Part shown: positions 9,174 through 17,238 of the stretch, one piece after another
Position numbering within the stretch: position 1 is the stretch's first letter
Layout: each line of letters starts with the position of its first letter
Assembly (NCBI GenBank): GCA_016183365.1
Contig: JACPES010000005.1
Span: 5,895-69,894, forward strand
Direction: 5' to 3'
Length of the DNA stretch: 64,000 bases
DNA from: Candidatus Collierbacteria bacterium
GTDB lineage: Bacteria; Patescibacteriota; Microgenomatia; UBA1400; JACPES01
Made by a program: the position numbers and the translations under genes
The notes under the pieces: generated by a model
Databases searched by the model: none
Told to the model about the DNA's origin: nothing
What the model saw: the letters and a program-made list of their open reading frames with translations, nothing else

Positions 9174-9593
9174 ACCCTAATGGTAGCACAAAAAATGCGA
9201 GGGGGACAAAATTCAGTTACGGGTCTTTCGTTTGGTTGAACCCGAGTCTTTGTAGAAAGCGATATAAACTAGAAGTGCCATAATCATGGTTAACGCGAAC
9301 GCAATCGAAGCTCTAATATTAATGTCCCACACGTTTGGCATTTTTCCTCCTCTTAGACCATTTTTTCAGCCTGACAGCTACAGCCAAACTAACTATACCA
9401 TTGACTATATTTTGCGTCAAGACTATCAAGTTGAACGGAAACTCGAGTCCGGTAAAATTCGGCACGATTGTTACCGAACCAAACCACCCCGCCGCCAAAT
9501 TGATTAACAAATCCGCGATCGCTTACAGCCAATCTGCACCCGGCAATTTTCTCCGAAAATTCACCATAATAATGGTAACATAAAAAAAGAGTT

Positions 9594-11210
9594 ATGAAAA
9601 CCAAGTGGGCAATTCTAATATTAATTTTGGCCGGACTTATTGCTTACGGCAATACTTTAAAAAATGGCTTATTTTGGGACGATGATGAGTTTATTACCAG
9701 AAACGCCTACATCCGGTCTTTCCGCTATCTGCCGCAATGGTTCAGCCAACCGCTGACCGCCGGGGCCGGAGTAAATTCCAACTACTACTGGCCGCTACTG
9801 CAATTATCTTTTGCGGTTGATTACAAACTTTGGGGGTTGTGGCCGGCGGGGTATCACTTTGAGAATTTGCTATGGCATACGGCCGCAGCAATTCTTTTGT
9901 ATTTTTTCCTAAAAGAATTGCTGCAGAAATTCAGTATTCAGCATTCAGTATTCAGTATTGCATCGCTAATCGCTTTCGCGACATCTTTGCTCTGGCTCGT
10001 TCACCCTGCCCAAGTCGAAGCCGTGGCGTACGCTAACTCCCGCGGCGATTCGATGGCGACAGTATTCATTTTGCTGTCGCTGATTTTGTGGATGAGAAAC
10101 AAAATTAAAGGCAGCGCCATAGCTTTCATCTTGGCTTTACTCTCTAAAGAATTCGCCATCATTACCCCGGGACTTATGACCCTGATAAGTTTCGTAAACT
10201 TAACAAATGAGAAGTTTACTGTAAAGGAGACTCCTCGATGTACGTCAAGGAGTCTCCTTATTATGTTTATAATTGCCACTATTTATATTATCCTCCGCCT
10301 CACCGTCCTTAACTTTCAAAACACCCTCAATTTCTACGGTATTGATACGGCCAAAGTTGACCGCAGCCAGCCATTGGCCGTCTACGCCACTTCCCTGCCG
10401 ACGCGGCTAATGACATTTCTAAAAGTTTTACCTATCTATGGGAGCATCCTTATCTGGCCGAATGATTTGCATATGGAGAGAACGGTAAAAATTGCAACAA
10501 TTGCCGCAGATAAAACGGTAATTATAGTCGCGACAGTTATAATTGTTACATTGTTAAATTGCTACATTGCTATCAAAAGAAAAAGGCTTCTCCTGCCTTT
10601 CGCGGTCGGTTGGTTTATGATTTCCATTCTCACCGTCTCCGGCCTGATCCCCATCTCCCAAATCCTGGCGGAACATTTTCTTTATCTACCCAGTATTGGT
10701 TTCTTCCTGCTGGTATCTTGGCTTATCGTTTCTACTATCACCACAACCATAAAATCTAAAAAATGGCAGAGAATCTCATTGCTCATTGTTTTCTGCTCAT
10801 TGCTCATTCCTCTATTGTTCAAAACCATCCGCCAAAACCGGATTTGGCGCGACCCGATTACTTTTTACGAGTACACTCTGTCGCGAACCGTCCCGACAGT
10901 TAGGATTTATAACAATCTGGCTATGGCCTATGCCGATGCCGGAAAACATCAAAAAGCAATTAACAATTACCAATTAGCAATTGAGCTTGGCGACGTTTAC
11001 CCCAATCCTCATTACAACATGGGAAATACGTTAATAGAAATGGGCAAAATCGAAGAAGCGGAAAGAGAGTACAAACGAGCTTTAGAGATTGATCCAAATT
11101 TCCACTATGCTACGTTGAAGTTGGGGCAGATATATATTGATCGGGGAAAAATTGAGGATGCCAAAAAACTGGTCTGTCCGTTCTTCCCCGCCCAACTCCT
11201 ATGCTTGTAA
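9594..11210 (+). CDS. TMTC-like membrane protein: GT-C glycosyltransferase domain (DUF1736-like) with C-terminal TPR repeats
   Basis: N-terminal LFWDDDEF motif and multiple TM helices. C-terminal TPR-like repeats (YNNLAMAYADAGKHQKAINNYQLAIEL..., YNMGNTLIEMGKIEEAEREYKRALEIDPN). Confidence 0.6.
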   Translation: MKTKWAILILILAGLIAYGNTLKNGLFWDDDEFITRNAYIRSFRYLPQWFSQPLTAGAGVNSNYYWPLLQLSFAVDYKLWGLWPAGYHFENLLWHTAAAILLYFFLKELLQKFSIQHSVFSIASLIAFATSLLWLVHPAQVEAVAYANSRGDSMATVFILLSLILWMRNKIKGSAIAFILALLSKEFAIITPGLMTLISFVNLTNEKFTVKETPRCTSRSLLIMFIIATIYIILRLTVLNFQNTLNFYGIDTAKVDRSQPLAVYATSLPTRLMTFLKVLPIYGSILIWPNDLHMERTVKIATIAADKTVIIVATVIIVTLLNCYIAIKRKRLLLPFAVGWFMISILTVSGLIPISQILAEHFLYLPSIGFFLLVSWLIVSTITTTIKSKKWQRISLLIVFCSLLIPLLFKTIRQNRIWRDPITFYEYTLSRTVPTVRIYNNLAMAYADAGKHQKAINNYQLAIELGDVYPNPHYNMGNTLIEMGKIEEAEREYKRALEIDPNFHYATLKLGQIYIDRGKIEDAKKLVCPFFPAQLLCL

Positions 11211-11297
11211 GGTATCTGATACTTTACACATAGCCCAACTTTCTTAATGTATCTTTATGATTTGGGCAGGAGCCCATCGGCCTTTGGTCGAAAAACC

Positions 11298-11825
11298 CTA
11301 TCGATGTCCCAGTGTGTAAAGTGTGTCTAAGTGATTAAATCCAATATTCTGCGGTAGTTTTTTGAAGAATTTAATCTCGGCTGTGTCATCGGCAGGCTTG
11401 GAAGGCCAGGCCTTTCCCGGAAAGGCCTGGCCTTTTTGATCTGGTTTGATGGTGCATCGATATACTAAGTCGACTACGTGACCGCGCGGATCACCGGTTA
11501 GATCGTCAAATGCTTCGGCCAACTTCACATTCTCAACTTTTATCCCCAATTCTTCCTTTGCCACCCGCTTAACGCAATTCATTAACGCTTCGCCTTTCAA
11601 AACAAAACTCCCCGGCAAATGCCAGTAGCCGGCAAACGGCAGCCTTTTGCGTTTGGTCAGCAATACTGCTTTGCTGTTAAGTTTCGCAAACTTCACATTA
11701 GCGGAAGTTTGCGAAACTTCTATATCTTGCTCAATCAGGAGATTCACGGCCACCCGCGGCGCGTATTTAAAACTTCTAAGAAACGTTTGAAAGGGAAGTT
11801 TCTTGGGATTCATATCAATAATCAA
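11298..11825 (-). CDS. NUDIX hydrolase
   Basis: Nudix box GEALMNCVKRVAKEELG (Gx5Ex7REUxEExGU). Carries two in-frame palindromic repeat insertions. Confidence 0.7.
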   Translation of the reverse strand: MIIDMNPKKLPFQTFLRSFKYAPRVAVNLLIEQDIEVSQTSANVKFAKLNSKAVLLTKRKRLPFAGYWHLPGSFVLKGEALMNCVKRVAKEELGIKVENVKLAEAFDDLTGDPRGHVVDLVYRCTIKPDQKGQAFPGKAWPSKPADDTAEIKFFKKLPQNIGFNHLDTLYTLGHR

Positions 11826-12459
11826 GACCCATAACGGCTTTACGGCCAGAATCGAACGGATGTTTGATATTTTTCATCTCCGTTACCAGTTCGGCCAAAT
11901 CAATCAACTGTTTCGGCGCGTTTCTGCCGGTCAAAATAATATGCGTCTGCCCGCGTTTAGAAATTAGATCAATTAAGTCAATCAGATCAATTAATTTATC
12001 ATTGACAGCGTTGATGGCTTCGTCGAGGATTAAAAGAAATAAATGGTTGGGATGGCTTAAATGGTTAAAAGATTTTGTAGCCCTTGTAGCCATTTTGATC
12101 ATTTTTCCGCTTAATAATTCTCTCGTTAATTCCAGCGCTTCTCCCGCCGCTTTCCGGTGTTCATTTGCGCTTGCATGATCCGTCGGCAATTTATAAAATC
12201 CCAGCCCCATTGGATAAATTTCAAAGCTCCCGATTTCCCTTCTTGTGCTTTTTTGTGCTTTTTTGTGCTTTTTTGTGCTTGCCAGCATTTCCGGCAAATT
12301 ATGCTCGCCGATCCTCCATCGTTTCTCCTTATACCATTGGATCATCGCCACCCGCTTCCCCTGCCCCACCGCTCTCATCGCCACCCCAAGCGCTGCACTC
12401 GTTTTCCCCTTTCCATTCCCAGTAAAAATATAAACCAATCCGATGGCATTATCTTTCAT
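11815..12459 (-). CDS. cobA: cob(I)yrinic acid a,c-diamide / cob(I)alamin adenosyltransferase (CobA/BtuR family)
   Basis: P-loop FTGNGKGKTSAALG and ILDE motif. Contains in-frame low-complexity insertions from tandem repeats (KKHKKAQKS, LIDLIDLIDLI, NHLSHPNH). Confidence 0.65.
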   Translation of the reverse strand: MKDNAIGLVYIFTGNGKGKTSAALGVAMRAVGQGKRVAMIQWYKEKRWRIGEHNLPEMLASTKKHKKAQKSTRREIGSFEIYPMGLGFYKLPTDHASANEHRKAAGEALELTRELLSGKMIKMATRATKSFNHLSHPNHLFLLILDEAINAVNDKLIDLIDLIDLISKRGQTHIILTGRNAPKQLIDLAELVTEMKNIKHPFDSGRKAVMGLDY

Positions 12460-12528
12460 TCCCTTATCTTAACACTCGGAAAAGTTATTTTTTATCGTCG
12501 TCTTCCCCGCATCCGCAAGTAGAACACA

Positions 12529-13245
12529 TTATAACCACCCCCCTCCGATTATTAATCCTACAATATAGGCGGCCGCAGCCGCAGTCCCACCGATCAGTAG
12601 CATTTCAATCCCTGACTTGAACCAGTTTTTACCGGTAATCCAGGATCTGGCTGAGCCGACTGAAAATAAAGCCAGAGCCGTAGCCAATATGGCGGCGTAA
12701 AATTTATTAATTGAAAAGTTGAAAACATACGGAATTAATGGCAAAAATCCCGCTGCCACAAAAGCTATAAAGGTGGCAAAAGCGTGACTAATCGGAAAAG
12801 ATTTTTGGGCGGGGATAATTCCCAACTCCCAAACCATCATTTCGTCCACCCAAACCCGTTTTTTTGAAGTGATAATTTTTTCCCATTCGGAAATTCTATC
12901 CGCCGGAATTCCCCTTTTAACGGCTATATTTCTGATTTCCTCCCTCTCTTTTTCCGGAATCTCTCCAATCTCTTTTTCTTCTATCGTCAGGCTATTTTTT
13001 TCAAAATCCGCCTGGCTTTTCGAGCCTAAGTAACTGCCCAAGGCCATGGCTAATCCGTCAGCCAACATGTTGGCTAGCCCCAAAATAATTACTACCGATG
13101 ATCCCATCCCGGCTCCGGCCGCACCGGCTGCCACCGCGAAAGTCGTTATCAGTCCGTCGTTGGCGGAAAACACCACGTCCTTAATATAATTTCCGCCTCT
13201 GGTTATATGAAGCTCTCCCTCGGAATTCCGTTTTAAATTGATCAT
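12529..13245 (-). CDS. VIT1/CCC1 family iron/manganese transporter
   Basis: DVVFSANDGLITTFAVAAGAAGA motif and a C-terminal TM bundle typical of the VIT family. Confidence 0.65.
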   Translation of the reverse strand: MINLKRNSEGELHITRGGNYIKDVVFSANDGLITTFAVAAGAAGAGMGSSVVIILGLANMLADGLAMALGSYLGSKSQADFEKNSLTIEEKEIGEIPEKEREEIRNIAVKRGIPADRISEWEKIITSKKRVWVDEMMVWELGIIPAQKSFPISHAFATFIAFVAAGFLPLIPYVFNFSINKFYAAILATALALFSVGSARSWITGKNWFKSGIEMLLIGGTAAAAAYIVGLIIGGGWL

Positions 13246-13461
13246 GGGAATAATCTATCATTTTCCGCCTTCGCTTGCCATTCGCCTTTAGCAGAACTAT
13301 CCGTTCACGGCTCCTCACTGACGCTTCCCGCTCGGCTTTTCAGTACTATTCGTACACGCCTCGTGGAGCGCGTCTTGTGTGGGGCAGGCATGGCGCGCTA
13401 TCCGGCGGATTTGTTGCTCCTGCTGATTTTTCTTCCAGAAAAATCAGGGATCAACGAAAAT

Positions 13462-13497
13462 AATTAACGCATAATTAACGCATAATTAACGCAAGGG
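13462..13497. repeat. 3x tandem 11-bp repeat (ATAATTAACGC) in the leader of the VIT transporter gene
   Basis: ataattaacgcataattaacgcataattaacgc read directly. It lies in a 369-bp intergenic leader with several hairpins. Confidence 0.8.
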
Positions 13498-13614
13498 GAT
13501 TTTTAAGGCTAAAATACCGCCCCAGCGCCCATCCCAGTAGTACGTTGCTTGCTCCCCCCGATTTAATCGGGACGTCGCAAGGGCGCGACTACGGGACTTC
13601 GCTAGTTTGAATTT

Positions 13615-16170
13615 TTATAACGAACATTTTGAGTATCCACAAGAGTAACAAGTGCTGCACCCACTCTCGGAAGTCATTGCCGCTCCGCATTCCGGACAAT
13701 GGCCGTCGGCCAAATCCTCGGTGATCCGCCGTCTTTCAACCTGATATGCCCTTTGGGACAACGGCGTAATCTTCATCTGACTTTGCATCAGGCGTTGAGA
13801 TTGTTGATTGTTTTTCTCATCTTTCACATCCGCGGCAGTTTTTAATATTTGATTTTCTCTTGATCCGTCGCGATAGACGGTGATGCCTTTGCATCCAAGT
13901 TTCCAAGCGAGTAAATAAGCTTTTTCTACGTCTTTGACTGTGGCGGCACGGGAAAAATTAATGGTCTTGCTGACAGCGTTGTCAGTATATTTTTGAAACG
14001 CGGCCTGCATTTTAACGTGCCAGTCGGGAGAGATTTGGCGGGCGGTGCGGAAGATAGAAGATAAAATAGTCGAATGGTTAAGAGTGTTAAGAGTGTTAGG
14101 ATTGTTATCTACCCGATAACCATCTTTACCATCTCCACCATCTTGCCATCTTTCTATCTCTTTCTTCGCTTTTTCATAATACTTATTCGTATACCTCAAC
14201 CCTTCTTTCTCCACCACGTTTTTTGTATATTCCAAAGCAAAGTATGGTTCTATCCCCGATGAACAACCGGCAATCATGGAGATCGTCCCTGTCGGGGCGA
14301 TAGTTGTTATCGCCACGTTACGCACTTTTCGTCTGCGGCCAAACGGATTCTTGACGCTATTGAAATACGACTGTTTCCAGAGGGGGAATTCCGCCTTTTC
14401 TTTGGATAACTTCTCGCTCTCGTCCCAACTGATTTGCTGAATAAATTTCATGATCGATTCAGCTAATTTTATTCCTTCATCGCTGTCATAGCTTACGCCT
14501 AATTTAACCAACATATCCGCCCAGCCCATCACCCCAAGACCAATCCGCCGGAGTTTATGTGCCATATCGGCAATCTGTGGAATGGGATAGGTTGAGGCAT
14601 CTATGCCGTCGTCAAGAAAGCGGACCGCGGTGCGGATAACCTCTTCAAGACGGGACCGGTTAATATTGTCCAGAACACTCTGAAAACTCTGAAAGCCAGA
14701 CTGTCGGATAATCGGAGAATCGGAATGCCAGATTTTCTGGCTTTCCGGACCCCCGAGTTTTCCGAGTTTTCCGGAATCTTCCCAGAATGGTTTAATCACA
14801 AACTTCGCCAGATTTATGCTACCAAGGTTGCAAACGTCAAAAGGAAACAGAGGCTGTTCACCACATACATTTGTCGCATCTATCCGCCATTTTTTGATTA
14901 GAGGGTTATATTTATTGATAGTATCCAGATAAATCATCCCCGGGTCTCCGGTTAAGTGGGCTAAATTGATCATCTCATTCCATAGCCTCCGGGCCGAAAT
15001 TTTTTGGACCGTTGAGTCGTCGCGAGGATTAACCAATCCCCAGTCGGAATTTTTTTCTACCGCACTCATGAATCTATCAAAAGCGCCGACAGAAATATTG
15101 AAATTGCTAATTTCTCCGTCAACGGATTTGGCGCGGATAAATTCAAAAATATCCGGATGGTCAACGTTTAGGATCCCCATATTGGCGCCGCGGTGTTCGC
15201 CGCCCTGCATCACAATTTGGGTTTCGGCGTCAAACGCTTTCATAAAATTAATCGGACCGGAAGATAAGCCTCCGGAACGGACCGTATCGCCGCGGGGACG
15301 CAAATGAGAAAAATTAAAACCGGTTCCGCCGCCCATTTGATGGATCAGCGCCGCCCATTTGACGGCGTCGAAAATCTTCTCGATTGAATCCTCAACCGGT
15401 AAAACAAAACAATTGGCCAAAGATCCGTTCTGCTTATTTCCTGCCCCCCGGAAATAACACCCGGCCGGAACAAATTCAAAAAAGGTCATAATTTCCAGGT
15501 ACTTGTCCCACCAGTTATGTCTGGAAAGGCCAGGCCTTTTCAAAAAAGGCCTGGCCTTTTTTGATATCTTTTGTTCTACTTCGGCTTTCTCTGTTACAAC
15601 CACAGCGTCTGCGACGCGCCTCATTGCCTCCATGGGTGTTTCGATCACATTCCCCTCTTTATCTTTCCACAAATATCGTTTGGCCATGGCGGCATAGGCG
15701 TTATCCGACATACCAAGGCGAGAAGTGTCTGATAATTGAGAAGTACCAGATACTTCTCGTTGGGCTGCGCGCCGGTTCCGATAAAGAATGTAGGCCTGGG
15801 CCGCATCTTGGTGTCCGGCGGCCAGCAACACCTGTTCGACGATATCCTGAATTTCCTCGACTGTCCACTGATTATGACCGTTGGAACGAATCAGGGTATC
15901 CTCGACGATTTTGGCGAAGCGCTCCGCCTCTTTCCACAACGAAGATTGTTTGTCGGCTTTTTGTCGGGGAACTTCAGTCTCGGCGGCCCGACGGGCAATT
16001 TCGTCAACTCCGGTGATTTGGGAGAATTTTTTTCTTACTTGGGAAACCGCCCACAGCGACTGCCAAGCTGCCATGGTAATTTTGCCGCGGTCGTACTTTT
16101 GTTTCCGGCCGTCGCGCTTGAGGATGGTGTAAATTGGCCTATTGGTTTCTCCGGGTTTTTTATTTGACAT
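13615..16170 (-). CDS. nrdJ: class II (adenosylcobalamin-dependent) ribonucleotide reductase with N-terminal ATP-cone
   Basis: ATP-cone start IYTILKRDGRKQKYDRGKI; RNR core motifs (SLANCFVLP, ATNVCGEQ); C-terminal zinc ribbon CPECGAAMTSESGCSTCYSCGYSKC. Confidence 0.85.
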   Translation of the reverse strand: MSNKKPGETNRPIYTILKRDGRKQKYDRGKITMAAWQSLWAVSQVRKKFSQITGVDEIARRAAETEVPRQKADKQSSLWKEAERFAKIVEDTLIRSNGHNQWTVEEIQDIVEQVLLAAGHQDAAQAYILYRNRRAAQREVSGTSQLSDTSRLGMSDNAYAAMAKRYLWKDKEGNVIETPMEAMRRVADAVVVTEKAEVEQKISKKARPFLKRPGLSRHNWWDKYLEIMTFFEFVPAGCYFRGAGNKQNGSLANCFVLPVEDSIEKIFDAVKWAALIHQMGGGTGFNFSHLRPRGDTVRSGGLSSGPINFMKAFDAETQIVMQGGEHRGANMGILNVDHPDIFEFIRAKSVDGEISNFNISVGAFDRFMSAVEKNSDWGLVNPRDDSTVQKISARRLWNEMINLAHLTGDPGMIYLDTINKYNPLIKKWRIDATNVCGEQPLFPFDVCNLGSINLAKFVIKPFWEDSGKLGKLGGPESQKIWHSDSPIIRQSGFQSFQSVLDNINRSRLEEVIRTAVRFLDDGIDASTYPIPQIADMAHKLRRIGLGVMGWADMLVKLGVSYDSDEGIKLAESIMKFIQQISWDESEKLSKEKAEFPLWKQSYFNSVKNPFGRRRKVRNVAITTIAPTGTISMIAGCSSGIEPYFALEYTKNVVEKEGLRYTNKYYEKAKKEIERWQDGGDGKDGYRVDNNPNTLNTLNHSTILSSIFRTARQISPDWHVKMQAAFQKYTDNAVSKTINFSRAATVKDVEKAYLLAWKLGCKGITVYRDGSRENQILKTAADVKDEKNNQQSQRLMQSQMKITPLSQRAYQVERRRITEDLADGHCPECGAAMTSESGCSTCYSCGYSKCSL
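14671..14790. repeat. ~120-bp palindromic TIR element, in-frame within nrdJ-A
   Basis: CAGAACACTCTGAAAACTC...TTTCCGAGTTTTCCGGAA; same family as the copies in nrdJ-B, nrdJ-C, the two PBP genes and the 60530..62266 membrane-protein gene. Confidence 0.75.
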
Positions 16171-16198
16171 TATCTAGATAGAGCATATAATAAATTTA

Positions 16199-16945
16199 TT
16201 AACTCGTTTGGGATGGACGCTTGCGTCGGTTCCGACGGGTTTTTTCTTGCCAAAATCTTGTCTTGATCTGTTTCCATTTGATCACTCTTTCGGAAACAAT
16301 TTTAGTTCTAATTATTTGATAGAAAACGTTATCCTTTCCTGTCTGCGCCCATAACACGCTCCCGGCCACCATATCAGCAACATTAACCAGCGGTTCCGTT
16401 TGACTATCAACATGAACCGGCGATAACGGCTCGTCCAATAGACTAGTTAATACTTGATTAAATTTGTCTTGATCTATGGTTCTTTGAAAATGGCGGTCGA
16501 GAACGACGTGTTTAATCTGATGTTGATAGTATAAAAGACAATCTTCAAGCAGCAACCAGCAAAGAAGGGCAAAATTCTCCGGAGAATCGGTTATGCTTTG
16601 ATTTTGTTTTTCAACGATTAAAACAAAAATCTCTACGTCTTGAGCAGCCAATTTTTCCAGAAATTTTTTCTTAGTTCTGTCGCCGGCTCGATAAAACTTG
16701 ATTTCCGGCGGATTACTCTTGGCGTAATGTTTCCTGATAATTTTAGTCATGGATTTAAGTCGCTGGGGTGTTTGAGTTGATATGGCAGCTACAACCACAG
16801 CCGGATCCCGGGGATCGGGTAAAGTCCCGGATTCATCCAGATAAACAGTTCTGCCTACTCGCCTGTATTCAACCGCGGTGGGAAGCCGAGGAAATTTCCG
16901 CCCGTCGCGCTTGAGGATGATGGAAATTAACTTTTGGGATTTCAT
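16199..16945 (-). CDS. DUF3800-like protein whose first ~20 codons duplicate the nrdJ ATP-cone start
   Basis: YLDESG motif near the N-terminus (DUF3800 hallmark, recalled from memory). The N-terminus ISIILKRDGRKF and ~35 bp of DNA are near-identical to the nrdJ-A 5' end. Confidence 0.4.
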   Translation of the reverse strand: MKSQKLISIILKRDGRKFPRLPTAVEYRRVGRTVYLDESGTLPDPRDPAVVVAAISTQTPQRLKSMTKIIRKHYAKSNPPEIKFYRAGDRTKKKFLEKLAAQDVEIFVLIVEKQNQSITDSPENFALLCWLLLEDCLLYYQHQIKHVVLDRHFQRTIDQDKFNQVLTSLLDEPLSPVHVDSQTEPLVNVADMVAGSVLWAQTGKDNVFYQIIRTKIVSERVIKWKQIKTRFWQEKTRRNRRKRPSQTS

Positions 16946-17238
16946 TTGGTATATTGATTTATATTATGCCAGCTGGAATTAATGGATCTGAAGAAGATCA
17001 GGGAATATCGCGTCAAGAAACAGACCAGCCCGAAACATCCGAATCGGCAAGAACGTCGTTCCTAACATACATGGCATTTGGGATGCTGGCAATAAATGGG
17101 GCAATTGAAGTCGCCAATGGAATAGCCATGGATGACGGATCGAAAATGTTCTACGGAGGTGTTGACATATTAATTGCTGCTTTGGCATATTTTGCTACTC
17201 CGCATAGATACCGACGTGTTTAGTAGGTGTATCTTTTT

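Noticed and set aside
9286-9604. Several 60-80 aa ORFs in the 420-bp spacer upstream of the TMTC-like gene (including a hydrophobic 63-aa ORF, 9319-9510 minus)
   Set aside because: They overlap each other on both strands, with no RBS-like sequence or motifs I could see. The region is treated as a divergent promoter region; a small membrane protein cannot be excluded.
13246-13614. Mn (yybP-ykoY) or cobalamin riboswitch upstream of the VIT transporter or near nrdJ
   Set aside because: I could not identify the conserved loop sequences by eye. The region is left as unassigned structured leader pending an Rfam scan.
15561-16167. Plus-strand ORFs of 151, 143 and 83 aa
   Set aside because: They are antisense to nrdJ-A, with no motifs and Arg/Pro-rich composition typical of shadow ORFs in GC-richer codon position 3.
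16954-17223. An 89-aa ORF between the DUF3800-like gene and nrdJ-B
   Set aside because: It has no motifs and an acidic low-complexity N-terminus. It is probably intergenic sequence.
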